This document shows, piece by piece, positions 1 to 11,792 of a DNA stretch of 64,000 bases. Source of the DNA: Somniosus microcephalus (taxonomy: Eukaryota); assembly GCA_052327205.1 (NCBI GenBank), contig CM126218.1:81096001-81160000 (forward strand). The letters are read 5' to 3'. The notes below the pieces were generated by a model. The model saw only the letters and a program-made list of their open reading frames with translations. It was not told where the DNA came from and did not search any database. Position numbers and translations under genes: made by a program. Positions within the stretch are counted from its first letter, which is position 1. Each line of letters begins with the position of its first letter.

Positions 1-1475
1 TCAAAGCCTCTGACTTCAGGAGCGTGTCCTTTGCTGTCATGAACGCCTCCTGGCACTTGTTAGTCCATTCCCACTTCTTGTCTTTACATAGCAACCAATG
101 CAGCAGCCTCAGCATCGAGGCTAGGTTCGGTAAGAACCGTCCACAGTAGTTCAGTAACCCTAGAAAAGAACGCAGCTGGCTGATATTTTCAGGTGCTGGG
201 GCATCCACGATTGCCTTGGTCTTGGACGGTGCCTTGTGAAGGCCTGTGGCATCGATCACATGACTGAGGTACTCAACTGGTGCCTGAAAAAAATCGCATT
301 TATCCCTGCGAACTCTGAGTCCGTAATCCCTCAGTCTCTGTAGCGTTGCGTCCAAGTTACGCAGATGGTCTTGGTCATCACACCCAGTAACTAAGACATC
401 ATCTAAGTAGCACTGAACTCCAGGCAATCCACTAAGGGTCTGGTCCATAGCACGTTGGAAAAGTGCTGGAGCTGATGTAATTCCGAAAGGAAGTCGATGA
501 TATCTAAATAGGCTCTTATGCGTCACAATAGTCAGCATTTCTCGTGACTGTTCATCCACATGCATTTGCAGGTAGGCTTGACAGAGGTCGATTGTGCTAA
601 ACTTCTGGCCCCCAGCAAGTCCCGCAAACAAATCACCAATATGGGGAAGCGGATATTGCTCCACTGACAATACAGGGTTAACAGTTACTTTAAAATCTCC
701 ACATATCCTAACTTCACCCCCTTTCTTGAGCACTGGTAAGATGGGCGTTGCCCATTCACTCACGCTGACTGGTTCTAGTACTCCACTTTCAACTAGGGCT
801 TCTAAGTCAGCCTCGACTTTTGGTCTGATGGCATAAGGTACGGATCGTGCCTTCATGAACTTGGGTTTGCTATCCTGCTTAATACGAAGCTTCACAGTAA
901 TATCTTTCATGCTACCCAGTTCTCCATTAAAGACTTCTGCATGTTTCTTTAAGATGGCGGGTAAGCCTGGATCATTGTGTGACATCATGTAGACTGATGA
1001 CCAGTCTAATTTTATTCTCTCCATCCACGAACGTCCCAGCAGGGAGGGGTAGTCTCCTTTAACTACGTAGAGTGGTAACTTCCTAGTTTGTCCATTCAAC
1101 TGAACTGTGACCTCAGTGATACCTCTCACGGTTACTCTTTCACCGGTATATGTCTTTAACGCTATGTTAGCTGGCTGAAGTGGAAGGTGCTTTAATGTCT
1201 TTTTGTAGACTGTCTCTGACATAAGAGATACTGCTGCCCCGGTATTGATCTGCATTCGCACAGGCTGCCCCTCTAGCAAGGGTGAGACCCAGTAGCCATG
1301 TGAATCCCCAGCTACAGTCAGCACGTTCAGTAATAGTTCCTCCTCTGAAGTGTCACTTGCCTCTGTTTTGTCCTGTTCTACAGAGCGGACATGCTTCTTT
1401 GTCTTTTGTCTGAATGGTTTTTTTCTTCCTTCCGTCTTTGACGTTTTCTCTGTATCCTTTTTATTTCTGCAGCGC
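1..1475 (-). pseudogene. pol: Gypsy pol (protease + RT), truncated by the window edge
   Basis: Manual translation gives MQINTGAAVSLMSE (catalytic DTG mutated to NTG), LLGRSWMERIKLDW, and the RT motif VQCYLDDVLV near 400-420. Confidence 0.85.
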
Positions 1476-2136
1476 GCTGAATATGTCCCTTTTTACCACA
1501 GCTGTGGCAATCCATGTCCACACACCAGCATGCAGACGCAAGATGCCCCGTTTTGCCACAACGGAAGCATGGCCCTTGGCTCTCTGTTCTTACTTTGTGC
1601 ACTTTTTCTGTTGCACCAAACTGTTGAGCTTCCTTAGCTGCCAATTCCATGGAAATACTGATTTCAATGGCCTTTTGTAGAGTCAGATTACTCTCCGTTA
1701 ATAGTCTCTTCTGTATGGCTTCAGTTCCCTTACCACACACTAGCCTGTCTCTTATAGTATCATTTAGCACATCATTAAACTCACAGTGCTCTGATAGTCT
1801 TTTTAGTGCAGCTACAAACATGGTCACTGTTTCTCCTTCTTCCTGGTTACGCCTGTGGAACCTAAACCTCTCAGCTATGACTAGGGGTTTGGGTGAAAAA
1901 TGCCCTTTTAGTATCTCCACAATTTCGCTATATTGTTTAGTCCCTGGTTTATCTGGATGCACTAAAGTACGCAAAAGATTGAAAGTCTTTGGTCCCATCA
2001 CACTTAACAATGTAGGTACTACTTTGTTCCCTCCAATGTCATTTGCTTGTGTGAAGTATTCAAATCGTTCTGTGTATGAGCTCCATTGTTCGACGTTCTC
2101 ATCAAACGGTCCAATGTTACCGATAATTCCAGCAAT
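1378..2136 (-). pseudogene. gag: Gypsy gag (start codon apparently lost; 1-bp frameshift near 1475 in the second knuckle)
   Basis: HFSPKPLVIAERFRFHRRNQ..DRLVCG..IQKRLL capsid motif; CFRCGKTGHLASAC and CHSCGKKGHIQRA[C] zinc knuckles. Confidence 0.9.
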
Positions 2137-2959
2137 TTTCCTTCTCTTAGGCTCCTAATTATCATTCACTAAGGATCCTTCCAATGTTGATCTCAACTAA
2201 AATCACTATCAGTTATTTAGTGCTTCAATTCACAGATCGTTTCACAGTTGAATAAATGTCCTTCCCGATTTACTCACTGCTTTTCCTCCCCTTCCTCAAG
2301 TCGTTAGTACCTTATACGCCGTCTCGTCTTCCCGCCATTGTAAGCTCCTTTATCCTCGAGCCAGCCTCACTTTAATTAACTGTCCACGACAAAAATAACA
2401 GTTTTAAACACGTAAAACCCGACTATCTTCCGCACAGCAGAGCCACGTACGTTCAGACGTCCCCGTCGCCACTTTTGTTAAATCTCAAGAGTTTAATAAC
2501 CTTGCTTGTATAACAATTAAAAAAGTACGCAGGAGACAGAGTTCAGTTAACAGCCATCTTTTAAGAGAAACTTCTCAACCCAATGCACTCTATTTCCCAT
2601 AGTGCATTGCACATCACAACTACGGTAAGCTATGTGGGATAATTCAAATACAACATTCAAAATACACAACATCTACGACTCGCTATATAACTGATGGGAG
2701 CGTGATGTTTGGTGTTCGATAATTGTGAATGAGTGGAGCATTTTTTGAAGTGTAAAGTTGAGGATGTTGGTGCCAGTGAAAGAATAAGTAGAGCTGGGAA
2801 AAGATAAATAGAAAGTATGATCCTTCCTACTTGGACTTTGGATTCACGTTTACTGATTCTCGACTGCAATGTGTTGTCCCTTAGAAAAAGGGAGGCATGC
2901 ATTGGCCCTGAACCTCCGAAGAACAGGCTGTAGCAAAAAATGTTTGGGAACCTCTAGGT

Positions 2960-5200
2960 TAACACTTCAGCTCTACAAGCCTTCAAGATCTCTGTGCTCC
3001 TCCAATTCTGGCCTCTTGCGCATCCCCAATTTTTATTGATCCACCATTGGTGGCTGTGCCTTCAGCTGCCTCGGCCCCATGCTCTGGAATCCCCTCCATA
3101 AAGCTCTCCGTCTCTCTACCTCTCTCTCCTCCTTTAAGATACTCCTTGAAACTTACCTCTTTGACCAAGCTTTTGGTCATCCATCCTGATATCTCCTTAG
3201 AAACATAGAAAAATAGGAGCAGGAGTAGGCCATTCGGCCCTTCGAGCCTGCTCCGCCATTCAATGCAATCATGGCTGATCATCCAAATTCAGTGCCCTGC
3301 TCTATCTATCTCCTTCTTAAATATATTCAGTGACTTGGCCTTCACAGCCTTCTGTGGTAGAGAATTTCACAGGTTCACCATCCTCTGAGTGAAGAAATTT
3401 CTCCTCATCTCAGTCCTACATGTCCTACCCTGTATCCTGAGACTGTGACCCCTCATTCAGTGAGATCCCCTCTCATTCTTCTAAGCTCTAGTGAATACAG
3501 GCCTAGTCGACCCAATCTCTCCTCATACAACAGTCCTGCCATCCCGGGAATCAGTCTGGTGAACCTTCGCTGAACTCCCTCTATGGCAAGTATATCCTTT
3601 CTTAGGTAAGGAGACCAAAACTGCACACAGTGCTCCAGGTGTGGTCTCATCAAGGCCCTGTACAACTGTAGTAAGGCATCCTTGCTCCTGCACTCAAATC
3701 TTCTTGCAATGAAGGCCAACATATCATTTGCCTTCCTAACTGCTTGCTGCACCTGCATGTTTGCTTTCAGTGACTGGTGCACAAGAGCACCCAGGTCCCT
3801 TTGTACATCAGCTTTTCCTAATCTAGCACCATTTAAATAATACTCTCCCTTTCTGTTTTTCCTACCGAAGTGGATAACTTCACATTTATCCACGTTATAC
3901 TGCATCTGCCATGTATTTGCCCACTCACTCAAATTGTCTAAATCGCCTTGAAGCCTCTTTGCATCCTCCTCACAACTCACAATCCCACCTAGTTTTGTGT
4001 CATCAGCAAACTTGGAAATACTACATTTGGTTCCCTCATCCAAATCATTGATATATATTGTGAATAGCTGGGGCCCAAGCAACTGATCCCTGCGGTACCC
4101 CACTAGTCACCGCCTGCCACCCCAAAAAAGACTCATTTATTCCTACTCTCTGTTTCCTATCTGTTAACCAATTTTCAATCCATGCCAGTATATTACCCCC
4201 AATCACATGTGCTTTAATTTTGCACACTAACCTCTTATGTGGGAATTTATCAAAGGCCTTCTGAAAATCCAAATACACCACATCCACTGGTTCTCCCTTA
4301 TCTATTCTACCAGTTACATCCTCAAAAAACTCCAGTGGGTTTGTCAAACACAATTTCCATTTCATAAATCCATGTTGACTTTGTCTAATCCCATTGATAT
4401 TTTCTAAGTGTCCTGTTATCACATCCTTTATAATAGACTCTAGCATTTTCCCTACTACTGATGTTAGGCTAACCGGTCTGTAGTTCCCTGTTTTCTCTCT
4501 CCCTCCTTTTTTAAATAGTGGGGTTACATTTGCCACCCTCCAATCTGCAGGAACTGTTCCATAATCTATAGAATTTTGGAAGATGACAACCAATGCATCC
4601 ACTATTTCCATGGCTACCTCTTTTAGTATCCCTAGGGATTTATCAGCTTTCAGCCCCATTAATTTCTCCAGCACTATTTTTTTACTAATACTAATTTCCT
4701 TTAATTCCTCCTTCTCACTAGACCCTTGGTTCCCTAGCATTTCTGGGAAGTTATTTGTGTCCTCTTCCGTGAAGACAGAACCAAAGTATTTCTTTAATTG
4801 CTCTGCCATTTCCTTGTTCCCCATTATAAATTCACCCGTTTCTGACTGTAAGGGACCTACATTTGTCTTCACTAATCTTTTTCCTTTTACATACTTGTAG
4901 AAGCTTTTACAGTCCGCTTTTATGTTCCTTGCAAGTTTACTCTCATACTTTATTTTTCCCCTCTTAAATCAATCTCTTGTTCCGTTTTTGCTGGATTCTA
5001 AACTGCTCCCAATCCTCAGGCTTGCAACTTTTTCTGGCAACTTTATATGACTCCTCTTTGGATCGAATACTATCCTTAGTTTCTTTGTGTAGCTCGGTGT
5101 CAAAAATGGTTTTATTGATATTTTATTGATATCGCTCTTGTTAAGCACCTTGGGACATTTTGCTACATTAAATGCGCTCTATAAATGTAAGTTGTTGTTC
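2960..5200 (+). mobile_element. L2-type LINE 3' end split by a CR1 insertion (pieces ~2960-3197 and ~5086-5200)
   Basis: The two pieces join into the same L2 tail seen intact at ~32200-32548 and 43487-43905 (..gaccaagcttttggtca..atctcctt|..gctcggtgtcaaa..tataaatg.aagttgttgtt). Confidence 0.75.
3198..5085 (-). mobile_element. CR1 LINE, 5'-truncated, degenerate ORF2 (RT)
   Basis: ORFs 4045-4872 and 3453-4103: NYRPVSLTS, YLDFQKAFDK, GVPQGSV, KFADD; CR1 3' tail with short terminal repeats. Confidence 0.95.
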
Positions 5201-5316
5201 AGTGTCTACAAAACAACTGTGTCAACAGCTCTAATTTTAACCTAACCCAGCCACAGGTTCAGGTCAGAGGCTCCTTTTACACCCCGCCCAATTTCTTGAA
5301 GTCAATGGCGTGTAAA

Positions 5317-5791
5317 AGAAAAGAAAGACTTGCATTTCTATAGCGCCTTTCACGACCACCGGACGTCCCAAAGCGCTTTACAGCCAATGAAGTACTTTTG
5401 AAGCGTAGTCACTGTTGTAATGTTGGAAACGAGGCAGTCAATTTACGCACAGCAAGCTCCCACAAACAGCAATGTGATAATGACCAGATAATCTGTTTTT
5501 AGTGATGTTGATTGAGGGATAAATATTGGCCCCAGGACACCGGGGAGAACTCCCCTGCTCTTCTTCAAAATAGTGCCATGGGATCTTTTACGTTCACTTA
5601 AGGAAGCTGACGGGGCCTTGGTTTAATATCTCATCCGAAAGACAGCACCTACTGAAAGTGCAGCACTCCCTCAGTACTGCACTGGAGTGTTTGGGCTGGA
5701 ATTTTGTGCTCAATTTCCTGGAGTGGGACTATGAACCCACAACCTTCTGACTCAGAGGTAAGGGTGCTACCAGCTGAGCCACGGCTGACAC
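5317..5791 (-). mobile_element. SacSINE1-like tRNA/Deu SINE, near full length
   Basis: tRNA-like head (gtggctcag..ggttca), Deu-domain core (gatgag..ttaaacc..aaagatcccatggcact), L2-like tail ending (tttc)n; many copies in the window. Confidence 0.8.
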
Positions 5792-6070
5792 ACAGGCCTC
5801 CACTCTGAACTTGGCCCGTTGACGAGAGCCAAATTGCACCGAACAGAGGCCCAACAGGCCCCAGGCCCTAACTGAGTCCGTTCCACCAGGAGGGCTAGGC
5901 TAAAATCGAGGCTTGACCTTCAAAAGTAATTAATTAGTTGTGAAGCACTTTCAGATATACTGAGGGAATGGAAGGTGCTATATAAATGCAAGTTCTTTCT
6001 TTATAGAGATTGGTGAGTAAATCCCATGCAATAGACTTTCAAACAGACATCGTTAGAGCAACTGGACCAC

Positions 6071-6530
6071 AGAAAGAAAGAAAGACTTGCATTTATATAG
6101 CGCCTTTCACAACCACCGGACATTTCAAAGCACTTTACAGCCAATGAAGTAGAGTCACTGTTGTAATGTGGGAAACGCAGCAGCCAATTTGCACACAGCA
6201 AGCTCCCACAAACAGCAATGTGCTAATGACCGGATAATCTGTTTTTGTTATGTTGGTTTGAGGGATAAATATTGTCCAGGACACCGGGGATAACTCCCCT
6301 GCTCTCCTTTGCAATAGTGCCATGGGATCTTTTACGTCCACCTGAGGGGGCAGACCGGGCCTCGGTTTAACGTCTCATCCAAAAGACAGCACCACCGACA
6401 GTGCAGCACTCCCGTAGCACTGCACTGGGAGTGTCAGCCTGGATTTATGTGCTCAAGTCCCTGGAGTGGGACTTAAACCCACAACCTTCTTGACTCGGAG
6501 GCGAGTGTGCTACGAACTGAGCCACAGTTA
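6071..6530 (-). mobile_element. SacSINE1-like tRNA/Deu SINE
   Basis: Same head, core and tail as 5317-5791. Confidence 0.8.
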
Positions 6531-6552
6531 ATGCTAGGGAGCCACTTGTCTG

Positions 6553-7010
6553 CTTGCACACAACAACTTGTATTTATATAGCGCCTTTAACATAGTAAAA
6601 CGTCCCAAGGTGCTGCACAGGTGTATTTTAAGACAAAAAATTTGACACCGAGCCACATAAGGATAAATTAGGGCAGGTTTGGTCAAAGAGGTAGTGTTGA
6701 ATCCGTGATTCTTAAAGTATGATGTTTTCCAATAACTACACGGAGGCTGTAACTTAACAATCAACAGGTGTTTACTGGAGGAGGGTAGTCTAAAGACTGA
6801 CAGCACAGAGGCATGCTCAAGGCTTATATACAGGTGTGGTCACTGCTGGTACTACAGTATACAGGAGCTGTAAAAGTAGTTCTCCCCTTAAAGGTACATA
6901 CACTACAGGTAGGTTTTTAAGGAGCGTCTTAAAGGAGGAAAGAGAGGTGGCGAGGCGGGGAAGTTTAGGCAGGGAATTCCAGAGCTTAGGGCCTCAGCAA
7001 CAGAAGGCAC
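6553..7010 (-). mobile_element. L2 3' end interrupted by a solo LTR
   Basis: L2 tail continues on both sides of 6695-6907. Confidence 0.7.
6695..6907 (-). mobile_element. Solo LTR (213 bp)
   Basis: TG..CA ends; 5-bp TSD GGTAG (6690-6694 / 6908-6912); U3 similar to the LTRs at 33528 and 39246. Confidence 0.9.
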
Positions 7011-7064
7011 ATCAGAAGGGTTGTTAGTCAGGATGCTATAATTGGGTTAAGAAGGGGAGAAAAT

Positions 7065-7277
7065 TGTAGTGTATGTAACTTTAAGGGGAGAACTACTTTT
7101 TACAGCTCCTGTATACTGTAGTACCGGCAGTGACCACACCTGTATATAAACCCTGAGTAGGGATCTGTACTTTCGTTTTAGAGTAACCCTTATCCAGTAA
7201 ACACCTGTTGATTGTTCCTCTGCAGTCTCTGTCGATTTATTGAAGGACACCATACATCAAAATTCACGGATTTAACA
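7065..7277 (+). mobile_element. Solo LTR (213 bp), related family
   Basis: TGTAGTGTATG..TTAACA; 5-bp TSD AAAAT (7060-7064 / 7278-7282); TATA-like tatataaa. Confidence 0.88.
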
Positions 7278-8542
7278 AAAATCAGGAAAGAAAGGGTTCC
7301 TGTTCCTAATTACTGTCAGTGACCTGCGCTGAAACGTACGTTATAGTGAACATTGAGTAAGATTATGATTCACCGTAACCTTGGTGCTATCCTAGCACAT
7401 AGTCCAATAGTCTGCCAACACCCGGCTCATAGATGAAGAAAGGGAACTGTGGGTGAGGTACCAGCACTGGAGGAACTCCAGTCCACCAAGAGATCAGTGC
7501 TTTCAGGACAGCAGAGGAAAAGACTGGGATTTTAAAAAAATTAATTACTTGAAAGCTCATCTTGTGATATAATGCCTTGCGCAGAAACACATTCATACCC
7601 AGGGGCCATGGAGACAAAGGCTTCTACATACATTTCTATTCAGTTGTAAATGGCCTGAAATGTTTGGGGAGTCCTAAAGGTCTGAGTCTTTTTGCAAGAA
7701 GTTTTACCGGCGCACACACACACACACACAAAATCACAATTTTTCATGGATAAGCCCTGGGTTTATTAGTGTAAACATCGAGTTAACAAAAGAATGTAAC
7801 AATCTTTCCTTTGGGAAAATTCCAGGAGCCAAAGTAGGCGTCATTGTAAAAATGTTTGGATTAACAGGGGTTAATGAAGTAAACAAAGCACCAGCCCTTG
7901 AAGGGAAGGGGTGGGGAATAAACAGTTCCAAAAACAGCAAATACAACAGCAGCCACAAATCAGCGCAGTACAGTACACACACACAAATGCAGCCTTCAGG
8001 GTCCCTCTGTGCTTCACAATTATCAGTACCTAATGCTCACAGTCAGGTTGATCGGGGTGGGGGGGTGGGGGCCAGTTGAACCTGTTGTCTGTTTAACATA
8101 TTTAGTGAGGCTTGAAAGGAGTCACCACTTAGCCTGGGCCTGTGCGTCTATGTGCAATCACTACGTCTGCCATGGTGTTGAATAATTCATGTCCTACATA
8201 AAGAACTGGCTTGAAAACTTGCTTCAGGGCTAGACCTGTTAGACCAGTCAAATTTTCACCAACAACCACTAAATTTGCATTGCCGAATTTGTTTACCAGC
8301 CTTAGAATTATTTATTTATCCAAGCGTAAGAAAGGTGAAAAAGCACGGAAGAGTTGGACGATGTGATGGATGGGTAAAGACACCATTAGTGCTTGCAATT
8401 GGTGACTTTGCTGAGATCAGATCGAAAGTAGCTCACCCCATGGTGAATAGAATTTTCTACACCGAGACCAGGCCCATCATAATGTCCCTATTTCCTCATT
8501 GCATTCTAAAGCTTTTTTTTCATCAACTTTCTGGTGAAGTGC

Positions 8543-8980
8543 CAGCTGTGGCTCAGTGGGTAGCGCACTTGCCTCTTAGTCAGTGAAGGTTGTGGGTTCA
8601 AGTCCCCATAAAGCTAGCCTGACTCTCCAGTGCAGTGCTGAGGGAGTGCTGCACTGTCAGAGGTGCCGTCTTTCGGATGAGACGTTAAATTGAGGCCCTG
8701 TCTGCTCTCTCAGGTGGATGTAAAAGATCCCATGGCACTATTTCAAAGAAGAGCAGGAGAGTTATCCCTGGTGTCCTGGCCAATATTTATCCCTCAACCA
8801 ACATTACTAAAACAGATGATCTGGTCATTATCACATTGCTGTTTGTGGGAGCTTGCTGTGCGCAAATTGACTGCCGCGTTTCCCACATTACGACAGTGAC
8901 TCTACTTCATTGGCTGTAAAGTGCTTTGAGACGTCCGGTGGTCGTGGAAGGCGCTATAGAAATGCAAGTCTTTCTTCGTT
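8543..8980 (+). mobile_element. SacSINE1-like tRNA/Deu SINE
   Basis: gctgtggctcagtgggtagc..ggttcaagtccc head, Deu core, aaatgcaagtcttt tail. Confidence 0.82.
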
Positions 8981-9817
8981 CTCTTGATGCAATATTCGGT
9001 TAGTCATCCAATCCCTAAGCATTCTGTGCCTAGGGAAGTGAGGGTGGAGAGCTATTCTACTCTGGGTGCATCACCGTTAAGCCTGATTCTGTTTCCGCCA
9101 TCAAAGCATTCAACTGTTTCTTAAATTGTTCCAAGTTTTTTTTGTTGCCTCCACTTCCTTACTCAGAAATCCATTCCGAGTGTGGGTCGCTCGTTGTGGA
9201 GAAAAGCTTCCTGGTGTTATTTCTCCTCCAGGTTCTCCCCGCCCAGGGCTGCAGAGGCTGATCGTCGAGCCCCCACTGCTGCCCTTGGCTGCGATCAATA
9301 ATTCAGCACAGGTAGGGGAATCTGTCATAAATATAAACTTTTTTGACCCCCAAGGCTATCCCAAGGTCAAAAAATCTTCCTATAAAATAGAACATGCAAG
9401 ACTGCAGGCAGTTTTCTAGTTACGCATTCTAAACATAGCTCCAATAAAATTGTATCGTGCTTCCTGGATCTTTGGCACGTTGTGTGAGTATTGGAGTACA
9501 TTATGTTTTCATAATCTTCCACAGTAAAAAGAAGTCTACGCCCAAATTCCTTCACCCAAAGTATTTTAATCTCCTTTAACATTATGGCCAAGGCCGCTGT
9601 CTGATGACTTTCATTAAAAAAATAGACAAGAGTCGAGAGAACACTGTCGCCAAAAACACTCATAAAAAGCCGAGAGAGTTGCTGCAGCCCTTGTAATAAA
9701 AAAAAGAATTTGACTGATTCAGTCACCATAAACCAGTGACCCTGGTTATTGTAAACCGGAGGCTGCCAGTGTTGGTCTTAAATCTGGCCCCATAGACCAA
9801 TACCCGTCAACTGTTGG

Positions 9818-9995
9818 GTGTAATTTTGGCTTCATGTGATCGCGTAAAATGGGGACGGGCAGCCTGCTTTACGTCACTCCCGATTTTCTATCACTATTGG
9901 AGTCGACGGAAATAAAACTGGGGAGAGGTGTTTAAGCAGGAGGCTGAGCCGATATCGCCCATTTCACACTATCGTCTAAAGTCAAAGTTACGAGC
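9818..9995. mobile_element. Old hairpin MITE
   Basis: Imperfect fold-back (gtaattttggctt..ctcccgatttt / aaaactgggag..aagtcaaagttac). Confidence 0.4.
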
Positions 9996-10149
9996 ATGTC
10001 TAGAAGAAAAGTGCAACAGAAAATAAAAATATAACGAATAAAAAAAACACACAGCTAGCTTTAACTGTTAGCTCAGTTAGGGTGAGGTTTGTTGGATGGT
10101 GCAAGACTATTTTGGCGGGGCCAAGCCTGAAATACTTTGAGAAACCACT

Positions 10150-10505
10150 GGTCCATTAGGTAAAAGCGCCAGCAGTGAAGTACTAACCCGCGCAGACCAG
10201 AAAGCCTCAGGTTCAGGTCTTGGCCAGTGCTGAGTGAACTGAGCTCACCTGGGACAGCATTTGGTGCACTCCCATTGGCCCAACGCCCTGGACTAGGGAA
10301 TGAAAAGTCAGCCAGAGTTCTCCCTCCTGATTGCTATCCAGTAACCACCCCCCACCCCCCCAACCCCCCCACACCCCCGCCACTGGAAAGTGTCTGTGTG
10401 CGGCGGTCAGGTGACAATAGGATCAGGCTCGGCTGCGATGCCCCTCCCACAGTCCGATACTCTGCTAACACATTTAGGTTTACTCATGAAGAATGGCTAT
10501 TTGGG
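10150..10505 (+). repeat. Old SINE-like interspersed repeat (related fragments at ~7280-7460 and ~45380-45560)
   Basis: Shared motif ..ctgattgctatccagt.acc..ggaaagtg..aggatcaggct..tgaagaatggc; family not identified. Confidence 0.4.
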
Positions 10506-10842
10506 ATGAGCGAGATGTCCTATGAGGAGAGGGTGAGTAGAATGGGCCTGTGCTCTCTGGAATTCAGAAGAATGAGAGGTGATCTCATTGAAACATGTAA
10601 GATTCTGAGGGGGATTGACAGGGTAGATGCTGAGAGGTTGTTTCCCCTGGCTGGAGTGTCTAGAACTAGGGGTCACAGTCTCAGGATAAGGGGTCGGCCA
10701 TTTAAGACTGAGATGAGGAGGAATTTCTTCACTCAGAGGGTTGTGAATCTTTGGAATTCTCTGCCCCAGAGGGCTGTGGATGCTGAGTCATTGAGTATAT
10801 TCAAGGCTGAGACAGATAGATTTTTGGACTCTAGGGGAATTT
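10505..10842 (+). mobile_element. CR1 ORF2 3' fragment
   Basis: SYEERVSRMGLCSLEFRRMRGDLIE..RRNFFTQRVVNLWNSLP. Confidence 0.9.
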
Positions 10843-11792
10843 GAAATTAGGCAAGGCTGCTGAAAAGTGTGACAGTCTAAAGCAGTGCTTAAAGGGGAAT
10901 TAAATCGTCATTTAGTTTGCCAAGTGATCTTGGTGACTGATTAAACCAAGCGGTAGCATTGTGGTTATGTGACTGAACTAGTAATCTAGTTAGGCCTAAT
11001 GATCCAGAAACATGAGATTCAATGGCTCAATGAGTCCAAATCATGATTCAACTGATGATTTTTGCACCCACCTGTCTCATGCAAATTAAGTGACTTGCAA
11101 ATTGGCTGCTGCGTTTCCCACATTACAACAGCGACTCCACTTCAAAAAGTACTTCATTGGCTGTGAAGTGCTTTGGAACGTCCGGTGGTCGTGAAAGGTG
11201 CTATAGAAATGCAAGTCTTTCTTTCTTTATACAATAAAGAGAACTTCATATTATGAATTTATTTCCTCTCCATTTGCTTGCTTGGTATTCTAAAACAAAC
11301 ATTGTCTTATGATTTCCTTTAGGCTTTGGGATTGGTGCAATGAATCGTCTTTCATCACCATGTTTACAAATTGCATCACTGAGGTTAGTTGCTTGGAACC
11401 TGCTCAAGAGTCTTTTCTCTTCAGATTTATTCCTCCCTCCCCCCCAACTTGTTTTTCTGCCCGTCTAATAGATGCTTGTTTCTGTCATCAACTCATTCTC
11501 ACTATTTTCATTCTTTCGGTCAGGGTAGTTAGTGGTTGTCTGCTTCTAACTGATAGTAGGCGACAGGAAGTTTAGAGCACCATAATTATTTCCTTAGTTA
11601 GTGGCTTTTCCTTGCACCCAGTATGTTAAAAGCTGGAAATCTAACATTCCTGACTATGGGTCATTTGTTAAAAATGTTTTCAGGCTAATTTTATTCTTGG
11701 CATTTTCCTACAATTTTCAACACATCATTCCAGTGTGTGACATTGTGTGCCTTTCCAATGCGTACAAATGCTGTTTAGCTTAAGTATACAGA

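Larger units (their letters stand above)
1..2655 (-). mobile_element. Gypsy (Mag-like) LTR retrotransposon, 5' part; runs off the window start
   Basis: TG..CA LTR at ~2476-2655 (could extend to 2671), followed on the - strand by PBS TGGCGACG, gag with CCHC knuckles, protease and RT. Confidence 0.9.

Noticed and set aside
7048-7064. Polypurine tract implying that 7065-7277 is the 3' LTR of a longer element
   Set aside because: An exact AAAAT duplication flanks the LTR and no internal gag/pol sequence lies upstream; a solo LTR is more parsimonious
8543-8610. Functional tRNA genes (also the heads at ~5720-5791, 6460-6530 and 46700-46770)
   Set aside because: A/B-box-like heads run into SINE bodies and lack an acceptor stem and terminator
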